A stretch of DNA of 63,525 bases, the filler included. It is 4 parts of 4 records of this genome, joined end to end, with 100 filler letters (N's around TTAATTAATTAA, not from the genome) between each part and the next. Parts side by side here need not be neighbours in the genome. Positions count along the whole stretch, not along the records: positions 1 to 31,614 come from SRR31156797_11047; positions 31,715 to 38,822 come from SRR31156797_11054; 2 more parts are not named here. One strand, written 5' to 3'. Under the pieces are notes generated by a model. The model did no database searches and was not told where the DNA came from. It was given only the letters and a program-made list of their open reading frames with translations. Within the stretch, counting starts at the first letter, position 1; every line of letters begins with the position of its first letter. Shown one piece after another: positions 29,052 to 37,132 of this stretch. The position numbers were made by a program, and so were the translations under genes.

Positions 29052-30092
29052 ATGCGTACAGAATTTAAAATTAATGATGAGCTTGTAAAAGCAGGTGAAA
29101 GTAAAGTTGTTAACTTTTCCTTACCAGCCCTTCACTCTGACTCAACTGTAACATTGCCTGTTCATGTTGTGCATGGAAAAAAAGAAGGTCCTGTAATATT
29201 TATTAGTGCAGCTATTCACGGAGATGAAATTAATGGTGTGGAAATCATCAGGCGTCTTTTATCAATGGATGCCATAAAGCGTATAAAAGGAACATTATTG
29301 GCTGTACCTGTTGTTAATATTTACGGTTTTAATTCTCATTCAAGATACCTGCCTGACAGACGTGATTTGAATCGATCTTTTCCTGGAGTTGAGTCAGGTT
29401 CAATGGCTGGTAGGCTCGCTAATGTTTTTATGTCAGAAGTAGTTTCTCGCTCTGATATGGGGATTGATATACATACAGCTTCCATACACCGCGACAATCT
29501 ACCTCAAATTCGTGCAGACTTAAATGTCGAGAAGCTAAATACGATGTCAAATACTTTTGCATCACCAGTTATTTTGCATTCCGCTCCTCCAGTAGGTTCT
29601 TTAAGGGCAGCTGCTAATCAGGCAAATGTTCCTGTAATGGTATATGAATCAGGAGAAGCCCTTAGGTTTGATGAATTATCAATCAGAGTTGGTGTAAGAG
29701 GAATTTTAAATGTCATGCATAAACTAGGGATGTTAACAAAGTCAATGCAAAGAAAACAAAAGTCATCTGTAATTTTACATTCCAGCACCTGGGTGAGAGC
29801 TTCTACTAGTGGCATATTACGGGCAGCTGTTTCTTTAGGAGATATGGTTAAAAAAGGTGACTTAATTGGCTATATTTCTAATCCTGCCAGTAAAAACGAT
29901 ACCATTGTTGAAGCCACATCTAGTGGTATTATTATTGGTAGAACGAACATTCCATTGATCTACGAAGGTGAGGCTTTATTTCATATAGGCAAATCCCACG
30001 AAACTAAACTATTAGAAGAACATATGGATGCATTAAATAATGACTCACTATTGAATCCACCAGAATTAGTAGAAGAACCTATTATTGTATAA
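29052..30092 (+). CDS. Succinylglutamate desuccinylase/aspartoacylase (M14 AstE/AspA) family protein
   Basis: SAAIHGDEING, RRDLNRSFPG, GIDIHT, YESGE; C-terminal barrel-sandwich hybrid segment. Confidence 0.88.
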   Translation: MRTEFKINDELVKAGESKVVNFSLPALHSDSTVTLPVHVVHGKKEGPVIFISAAIHGDEINGVEIIRRLLSMDAIKRIKGTLLAVPVVNIYGFNSHSRYLPDRRDLNRSFPGVESGSMAGRLANVFMSEVVSRSDMGIDIHTASIHRDNLPQIRADLNVEKLNTMSNTFASPVILHSAPPVGSLRAAANQANVPVMVYESGEALRFDELSIRVGVRGILNVMHKLGMLTKSMQRKQKSSVILHSSTWVRASTSGILRAAVSLGDMVKKGDLIGYISNPASKNDTIVEATSSGIIIGRTNIPLIYEGEALFHIGKSHETKLLEEHMDALNNDSLLNPPELVEEPIIV

Positions 30093-30187
30093 TATTGAAT
30101 TGATAATAAAAGAAACACTTAATTTACTATCCCTTTCGTTGATTCCTACCTTGAATTTGTAGCAAAATGAAGGATTAAAATAAACTT

Positions 30188-30625
30188 ATGAGCATACTAT
30201 TTTCAGCATATAAACAATATATTCGGTTTGTCTTACTCATGATGTTATTTGCATCAGGTCTATTTACTATTTTTAGTAGCATTAATCTGTTTGCCTACTC
30301 TAAAGTAAAAACAGGATTATTAGAATCTGCTGACTTCTCAAATAATGAGATCAAAATAAAGCTTATTGATGACGATAAGAGTTATCATGCTGCACCTAAT
30401 AATTATTCGGTACTTGAGATATGTGATACTTCTCTATTTCGAAAAAACAGCAAAGCTGAAATTTCATTTATTAACCAATCGCTTATTCAAAATGTAGTTA
30501 TTGATAATAAGTATGCCATTAAAAAAGGAGCCTTGTATAAAGATCATTTTTACACTATGATTGGAATACCAATTGTTTGGATTCTTGTGTTTATTCTTTA
30601 TCGTCAGTTTATAAAGCATAATTAA
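30188..30625 (+). CDS. Hypothetical 2-TM membrane protein
   Basis: N- and C-terminal hydrophobic helices. Confidence 0.55.
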   Translation: MSILFSAYKQYIRFVLLMMLFASGLFTIFSSINLFAYSKVKTGLLESADFSNNEIKIKLIDDDKSYHAAPNNYSVLEICDTSLFRKNSKAEISFINQSLIQNVVIDNKYAIKKGALYKDHFYTMIGIPIVWILVFILYRQFIKHN

Positions 30626-30652
30626 AATAAATCACGAATTGTAACCAACACC

Positions 30653-31096
30653 ATGATCGTATACCTACTTTTAGCCCTAATAATACTTGGACTTTATTTT
30701 GCCACAAAAGGTAGAATAGATAAAAAGAGAATGTTGAAGACAGCACAAATTTTCACTAATAAAAATCATTCTGAACCGGATATCAAAACAATCAACAACC
30801 AATTCCTTGGCAAGAAAATTTATGTTTATCGTTACGATAAAAAAACAGATTGCTTTAAATCCATACTCCAAGTAAAAAAGGAAATTAAGGCGCAAGATCT
30901 TGACTACAAAGAACAAATCCGATTTAAAAGTATAATGAACATCCATTCCAATGAGTTTGAATATTTTAAACACAAGGATTCAAGACACCTACTCTACCCG
31001 ATTACTGTTGGTTCAAAAAGAACTGATTTAGTATTGATTGAAACCAGCTATGAATCCTTCAACGATTTATTCAATCGAAGACCAAGCCCTGTTTAA
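30653..31096 (+). CDS. Hypothetical protein with N-terminal membrane anchor
   Basis: MIVYLLLALIILGLYF anchor; has a decayed paralog at 28768. Confidence 0.6.
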   Translation: MIVYLLLALIILGLYFATKGRIDKKRMLKTAQIFTNKNHSEPDIKTINNQFLGKKIYVYRYDKKTDCFKSILQVKKEIKAQDLDYKEQIRFKSIMNIHSNEFEYFKHKDSRHLLYPITVGSKRTDLVLIETSYESFNDLFNRRPSPV

Positions 31097-31125
31097 GGTT
31101 TGTGTTGTCGTGCAATCTCCTTCTC

Positions 31126-31436
31126 TAAACTGATATCCTCATGTTAAACAAAGTGACATGGTCATGTTACAAAATGTGACATAGGCATATCAAAGCATTC
31201 GACATAGGAATGAAAACTTTTGTAGAATGGTAATGGAAAGAATCGCAGAATACTAATGGAAACAACTGTAGAATAGTAATGGAAACATTTGTTGAATGCC
31301 TATGGGACATTTTTCCCATAGTAAGGCGACAAACTTCCTATAGTGTATGGGACAAATCTCCCATTGTAAATAGGACGATTCTCCTATAGTAAGAGGACAA
31401 ACTTCCCATAGTAAGAGCGATAAGTTTCCCGAGCGT
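31126..31436. repeat. Degenerate tandem array, ~13-14 units of 22-23 bp
   Basis: GACAT at 31155/31178/31201; AGAAT at 31224/31247/31270; GAC at 31306/31328/31351/31374/31396. Confidence 0.8.
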
Positions 31437-31543
31437 TAATCTAATACTAGCAATGATGCATAGTACTTTACTACCCTTATTCATATAGATCCATCGTTGA
31501 TCAGTAAATAATTTTATATTCTGAATTTACCTTTGTTTACGTG

Positions 31544-31614
31544 CAACTCCACTGGAGTTGTAGGGTATGGAGCTTATCTTTTAATCTCTATAGATATTCA
31601 ACTTCTCTGAAGTT
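31544..31614. repeat. Pair of REP-like short hairpins at contig end
   Basis: CAACTCC-ACT-GGAGTTG and CAACTTC-TCT-GAAGTT (truncated by the gap). Confidence 0.5.
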
Positions 31615-31714
31615 NNNNNNNNNNNNNNNNNNNNNNNNNNNNNNNNNNNNNNNNNNNNTTAATTAATTAANNNNNNNNNNNNNNNNNNNNNNNNNNNNNN
31701 NNNNNNNNNNNNNN
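31615..31714. other. Artificial contig linker
   Basis: 44 N + TTAATTAATTAA (stops in all six frames) + 44 N. Confidence 0.97.
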
Positions 31715-32169
31715 CTGCCCGAATCCTAGGAAAACAGATAAAAGGTCAATCCCCGGCAACTCAATGTGAATTCTTCCCTGCCCGAATATCAAATGAAATT
31801 TTCCCCAATCATATGATGTGGTCTCAGGTTGTGATGCTTAAAAGCTAGCATTTTTAATAATAGTCCGGGCCTCAGGAATTGGCATCAGGGAGATTTTATT
31901 TTTGAGGTAGTCCTCGGTAAAAAACTCAAACAGACCCCCTCACAATACTTCTGCTATTGAATTCTGTTTTTAAAAAGGCCTTGGCGAGCTTACATACCAT
32001 TATTGTGGGCCTTGGTATTACTTGTTTGCATCATGGATACCGCCCAAATATTTGAGTGTTCAGTGAATATAGGCTGACATAAGAACAGTTGCCTTCTGGC
32101 GAATCTATTTTTTCCTGAATATTCTTTACACTAGTCAACCATACTGATATGCAATTCAAATAGATACTA

Positions 32170-32271
32170 AGATGATAACTGATCCGGTTATCCGTTGATT
32201 CCTCATGATATGAGGCTATACATCAAATTGTTCAAGATAACCGGCCAATTGGAGAACTAGTTGTTACATCT
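32170..32271 (+). other. Multi-stem structured element upstream of the PRTase operon (candidate ncRNA/5' leader)
   Basis: Nested pairs AGATG/CATCT, ATAACT/AGTTGT, CCGGTTATC/GATAACCGG, TTGAT/ATCAA, CCTCAT/ATGAGG. Confidence 0.45.
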
Positions 32272-32417
32272 ATCAGAATCAATTTTTAATGGTCGATATG
32301 AGGATCTCCAGACTATTCATAATCATATATGCGATATTTAGAATACTTCAATGTAGTACCAAAATGAGCTACCAAATAACTCCCATCAAATATAAAGGAG
32401 CTGAAAGGAAAATTTAA

Positions 32418-35400
32418 TTGAAAAGAGTTCAATCAAAAAAAGAAATTTTTACTAAATTTCGCCCTAAACGTCTTGGGGATAAATGCAGCTGGTATTTGCC
32501 GTTAGAACTTACAGAAAACATTGGTCTACCTTTATTAGGTTTTTTGAAAAATTTTTTAGCGGAGGATCGAATTAAAAGTTGTAAGTTAGATTTTCAGCAA
32601 GTTGAGTGGGCAGACCCAGTTCCTCTTTTAATTATTTTATTAATTTTGGCTGAATCTAAACTATCAAAAGAACAAATCGAAGTAAATTTAGGCAGCACAG
32701 ACATAACAAAGAGTACTGATAAAAAAAGAATCTTTTTAAAATTCTTATCTCAACAAGGTTTTTTAAGATGTTTTAATGATTTCGCAATAATTAGAAGTGA
32801 AAGTAAAATTTCTCACGATTTTGAAAAGTTAAGAAAAAGGTTATCAACAGAGCCGCAAAATACACATTTTATTAACGCAGATTGTATCATGGCTAAAATC
32901 CTACCCGCTGAAAATTTTAAAGATGATAAATCTGGTCTTCAAAAAATTGTCGAAAACATTGTAAAAGAAGCTAAAGAGTATACGATTAAAACACAGTTTG
33001 CTATCGAGCCACAATCAAGAGATATACTATTTCAAAAGATTAGAAAGTTGCTATATGAGCTTTTATTAAATATTTCTGAGCACTCCCATTTAGATGAGAA
33101 ATGTCTTTTCGCAGGTGTTTATGCACGGTTTAGAGGTCCTAAACCACCTGTAGAATCAGACTCAATACCATGGAACGACTTGTTTCAAAAAACATCAATC
33201 ATTCATGGACAAAAGAATTTTCGCCCAAATCCATACTCTGAATGGTTGGAACTTTTCATTTGCGATATAGGAATTGGACTTACATCAAGAATTAAAGAAT
33301 GGAAAATACCTTCTAATTCTAAGGTTGCCAAAGATTTAAAGATTGCGGCCAATTCCGAAAACCCATTACAGTCAATCATGCACCGGTTGTTTAGAAATGC
33401 ATTATCAAGACATCATAGGCATGATGTAGATAGAACAGCCGTTACTGGCTTGCAACATCTAGGACATATGCTTTCTATTGGAAATGATTATTGTCGGTTA
33501 TATACCCAAGATGGTTGTTGGGTTGGAGATCACCTTCCTTGGAAACAGGGGGCAGACTATAGTCGTACGGATATACGAAATCCAAAAAAACAGAGCCCAT
33601 ATTATAATCTTAAGCCCATATCTGGAACTATCTATGCCTTTAGCATTCAACCAAATAATAAAAATTTAACATACGACGACGATTTCTGGTTTTTACCAAA
33701 TGCAAGTGGGAAAAAACAAATAATTGACGCTCTAAAAAACGAAACGGTTTATAATCCTCAATTTAAGTTTCTGGCTTTTGATCATTTTGATCAAAATAGT
33801 TGCTTGCCTCCTAATTTGTATGAGATGGATAAATTAAAATCAGATATACTTTTTCTTAGACCTCCAAGAATTTTTAAAAAACAAGATATCTCGAGATGGT
33901 TGAGTTTAGTAGTAGGGAATAAAAGTGAAAAGGCACAATGTCCATCTAAAGTTTTTATCATAGCGGGTTTGACACCATTCCAAGGTTTGACGTTTAGAGA
34001 ATTGTTATTGGAAATACCAAGTCATGCCCAAACAGTTCTTGATATTTATTTAGTAAGTGAAAACTGGGCTGTAACATGCATTTCGACGACCTCCGGTCAA
34101 ACGAAATTTAAACCAATAAAGTATAAGGCAAAAGAATTCTCTAATAAGAAAACCGATTCATTACTTTTTAATATGGTGGATTTAGCAATTGTGCTTCGGG
34201 AAATGGACTCGAAATTATTCTGGGAAACTGGACCGGAAATAGAAAACATGCCGTTTTTCAATAAACCGGTTGAATGGCCCAGTTCAAAAGAAGAAAAACA
34301 ACCCAAAAAATTGAAACGCTATTTAGATTTCCCGATAGCTTTAACTAATCATAATCGGTATAAGGCATGCCTAAATTCATTGAGAAGATGTCTTTATCTT
34401 TTTCCTGGATGCGAACCCGTGGGCGCAGACAATCTGGTGACTTCATTAATAAGAGATGCAAAGTTAGGTTCTTATAGTAATGGTTTTAGTGCTAACAACT
34501 CGAAATTATTTGTAGGTAGTGTGGCAGTTACATCTGGTACTTTAAATAGGACAATGAGGGATGATAAATCTCCCGCGGTTCAAATGTTATATCATGATGA
34601 CTCGAAAATAGAGAACGATTCTGGTGCGATTCCGGCCCTTCTATGGATACCACAATCAGAAGTTGTAGACAAAACAACTCCGCCAATAGATAAGGAAAAG
34701 CTTCAAATTCCCTGGAGTCGTATCCCTAATACTCCTTATATAGCTCCATTAGGAGAACAGTCTATCTCGCTTTTGAGGTATATACGAAGTGAGGATGGCA
34801 GGTTAGATTTTAACAAATCGTATTACGGGTGTACTCCTGAACAAATGTATAATGATTTTGAACGGTTAAGTATTTTAAGAATGGGGCATTGGAAATATAC
34901 CAATCGCCATGATCTCATGACAATAAATATGAGATTGGCTTTCAAATTTTCATTTTTGGAATTAGGAGATCTATATGATTGGCTTTTAAAACAATTTGAT
35001 CTTTTGTTTTCAACAAGAAACCAACAATCACCAAAGGCTAATTTGCTTGTATATCCTTCGCATCCTGTAACTGATGCTATATTGGATCATATAAGAGTTG
35101 ATGAAAATTTTAAGGATATTCTTCCTGAAGGGGGAATGATACCAATAAAATTTTTAAGCATACGAACAGTATCTCCTCTTTTGGCCTCTCATTTGGTTGC
35201 TGATAGAATAAGGAAATTGGTGAAAACTAAAAATTGGGAGACATGGAATGGTGTAGTCTTTGATGATGGAACGATCACGGGTAAGCACCAAAGAGAGCTA
35301 AGACAGTTTCTTAAATCATTAGGAGCAGAGGAAACATATTCAATTATACTATTAGATCGTACAGGATTACCAGCTCAGGAAGAAGTTTTTGAAGAGTTTA

Positions 35401-37124
35401 AAAAGCGGCATAAGCGTCTTTGGAGATGGGATATGCCTGCATTGGGTAATGAACGTAGTTGTCCTTTGTGTCAAGGGCTTGCAATTTCACAAACTTTTGC
35501 ACAAAATCTTCCCTCAAAGAGTCGCTTAAAAATCAGGTCAAAAGAATGGTATGATTTGTGGAAAGTTCGTAATGTAGAGTTGGACTGGCATCAAGGAGGT
35601 TTTAATTCTACACCGATCATGCCTCCATTAGAAATTACTTTCGGTGTTGACTATCAGGATTCTGAAAAAAGGGTCGAAAAGCAATTAAATTTTAATTCAT
35701 CAACAGCAGCAGCATCTCTTTTGGTTGAATTAACTCGCCTAACTACAAGATCTGATGTCGCAGTTAAAAAAGCAAATTTTTTGGAAACAAGACACCGAAA
35801 TGCCGCTATCGAAATTATCACATCTCAACTATTACTCTTTTTTGATGAGCTTAAGCCACATGAAAAGTTAAAAAGGTTTAAAATATTACTATCTTTATTG
35901 TGGGATAGTCAAACATCTAACGAAATGACCATTTTAGCAGGGCTTTGCGTGACTTTAGCTGATAATAATATTTTGGGGAATCTATGGAATTACTGTAGAA
36001 ACAATTTAATACCAAGCACAAAAATTGGTAATATTGATGCAATTCTTGCAACTATGATTTTGCGTTCAAAATATAAGTTTGAATCTAAAGCAAATTTCCG
36101 TTTAAAACACAATCCCACAGAAGAGGAAAAATATAATTACATAATGATTGGAGGGGATATAAAATTCCCCCAAATTATCAGGAGTTTCCTCACCGCATTC
36201 TATCAAAACCCAGAGAAACAAAAGAATATTACGATTCATTCTACCAAATTTAGAAAATCAGTAGACTATTTGATAGAATGCGACAACAATGACATAGAAA
36301 AGATTCATTCAAAACTAAGGTTTGTTAAGAGTAATATCTCACTGTTACAGCAATTAGCTTCGATATTGAAAACTGGACTGTATGTCGATATTCCCAATAC
36401 GTCATTTAGAAAATTGAATGATTTGATAGTTGATTTTGAGACAATTCAGAAAAATGATTTTATAATGGGTGATCAAAATCAAAGGAACAAGATAGCCAAC
36501 CTTTCAAACTCTTTACACAAACTTTTGTACAAAGATGATGCTGTTATCATTCATATAGGTGATCAGTTATTTCGTAAGTTCAATAATTCAGATGATTTTA
36601 ATAGACTATTTGTAAGTGATCTTGTTGTCCAGAATTTTAGAATCAAATGGACTAAAATACTTAAAGCCAAAGCAAAGTATGAACATAACAAATTGGCTGT
36701 AAAGAGATGGAATCCTCGGCACAATACTTACATTAAACCAGTAGTCTTATGTTCGGAAAACCAAAACATTTCTGAGCTATGGTTATTCTTTGACTCGTTT
36801 GTTCAAGGAATTATTGAGGATACTTTATTGAATGTATTTCATGCAAATGAATTGATTCCCGATTATTTTACTAAAGATAATTATCAAAAAGGTGACAAAA
36901 GAGCTCATTTATGGTGGCGCCTTGAAATGGAAAATGATTTTTTAATTTTCAAAACAATTAATTCAAGCAAAAACAAAGAAATCAATTTAAAACAAAAAAT
37001 TAACATCAGTGGATTTGAAAGAGTCGGAGGGAAGATTTTTATTGATACTCCTAAAGAGCTCACTGAAAATAGTTTTCTTGTCCAAACTAATCTAATGATA
37101 CCACTATGTTCCAATTTTTTATGA
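32418..37124 (+). CDS. Multidomain protein: STAS-like + GHKL ATPase + degenerate PRTase + type I PRTase + C-terminal HATPase-like fold
   Basis: TTG start after AGGA; LDFQQVEWADP (STAS); ELLLNISEH, ICDIGIG, TGL, SGT (GHKL N/G1/G2/G3); FVGSVAVTSGTL; GHWKY...VVFDDGTITG...LLDR...CPLC; IIEDTLLNVFH...ERVGGKIFI...LMIP. Confidence 0.75.
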   Translation: MKRVQSKKEIFTKFRPKRLGDKCSWYLPLELTENIGLPLLGFLKNFLAEDRIKSCKLDFQQVEWADPVPLLIILLILAESKLSKEQIEVNLGSTDITKSTDKKRIFLKFLSQQGFLRCFNDFAIIRSESKISHDFEKLRKRLSTEPQNTHFINADCIMAKILPAENFKDDKSGLQKIVENIVKEAKEYTIKTQFAIEPQSRDILFQKIRKLLYELLLNISEHSHLDEKCLFAGVYARFRGPKPPVESDSIPWNDLFQKTSIIHGQKNFRPNPYSEWLELFICDIGIGLTSRIKEWKIPSNSKVAKDLKIAANSENPLQSIMHRLFRNALSRHHRHDVDRTAVTGLQHLGHMLSIGNDYCRLYTQDGCWVGDHLPWKQGADYSRTDIRNPKKQSPYYNLKPISGTIYAFSIQPNNKNLTYDDDFWFLPNASGKKQIIDALKNETVYNPQFKFLAFDHFDQNSCLPPNLYEMDKLKSDILFLRPPRIFKKQDISRWLSLVVGNKSEKAQCPSKVFIIAGLTPFQGLTFRELLLEIPSHAQTVLDIYLVSENWAVTCISTTSGQTKFKPIKYKAKEFSNKKTDSLLFNMVDLAIVLREMDSKLFWETGPEIENMPFFNKPVEWPSSKEEKQPKKLKRYLDFPIALTNHNRYKACLNSLRRCLYLFPGCEPVGADNLVTSLIRDAKLGSYSNGFSANNSKLFVGSVAVTSGTLNRTMRDDKSPAVQMLYHDDSKIENDSGAIPALLWIPQSEVVDKTTPPIDKEKLQIPWSRIPNTPYIAPLGEQSISLLRYIRSEDGRLDFNKSYYGCTPEQMYNDFERLSILRMGHWKYTNRHDLMTINMRLAFKFSFLELGDLYDWLLKQFDLLFSTRNQQSPKANLLVYPSHPVTDAILDHIRVDENFKDILPEGGMIPIKFLSIRTVSPLLASHLVADRIRKLVKTKNWETWNGVVFDDGTITGKHQRELRQFLKSLGAEETYSIILLDRTGLPAQEEVFEEFKKRHKRLWRWDMPALGNERSCPLCQGLAISQTFAQNLPSKSRLKIRSKEWYDLWKVRNVELDWHQGGFNSTPIMPPLEITFGVDYQDSEKRVEKQLNFNSSTAAASLLVELTRLTTRSDVAVKKANFLETRHRNAAIEIITSQLLLFFDELKPHEKLKRFKILLSLLWDSQTSNEMTILAGLCVTLADNNILGNLWNYCRNNLIPSTKIGNIDAILATMILRSKYKFESKANFRLKHNPTEEEKYNYIMIGGDIKFPQIIRSFLTAFYQNPEKQKNITIHSTKFRKSVDYLIECDNNDIEKIHSKLRFVKSNISLLQQLASILKTGLYVDIPNTSFRKLNDLIVDFETIQKNDFIMGDQNQRNKIANLSNSLHKLLYKDDAVIIHIGDQLFRKFNNSDDFNRLFVSDLVVQNFRIKWTKILKAKAKYEHNKLAVKRWNPRHNTYIKPVVLCSENQNISELWLFFDSFVQGIIEDTLLNVFHANELIPDYFTKDNYQKGDKRAHLWWRLEMENDFLIFKTINSSKNKEINLKQKINISGFERVGGKIFIDTPKELTENSFLVQTNLMIPLCSNFL

Positions 37125-37132
37125 GGGGGAAT

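Noticed and set aside
31126-31436. CRISPR array
   Set aside because: Units are contiguous with no unique spacers, the repeat drifts, and no cas genes are present.
31659-31670. TTAATTAATTAA as a biological palindrome
   Set aside because: Identical in all three N gaps; an artificial six-frame stop linker.
31838-31937. Minus-strand fragment GLFEFFTEDYLKNKISLMPIPEARTIIKNASF*
   Set aside because: Reads like coding sequence but is too short to assign and has no clear start.
34870-35480. Housekeeping orotate phosphoribosyltransferase (pyrE)
   Set aside because: Embedded in a 1568-aa multidomain protein with no pyr genes nearby.
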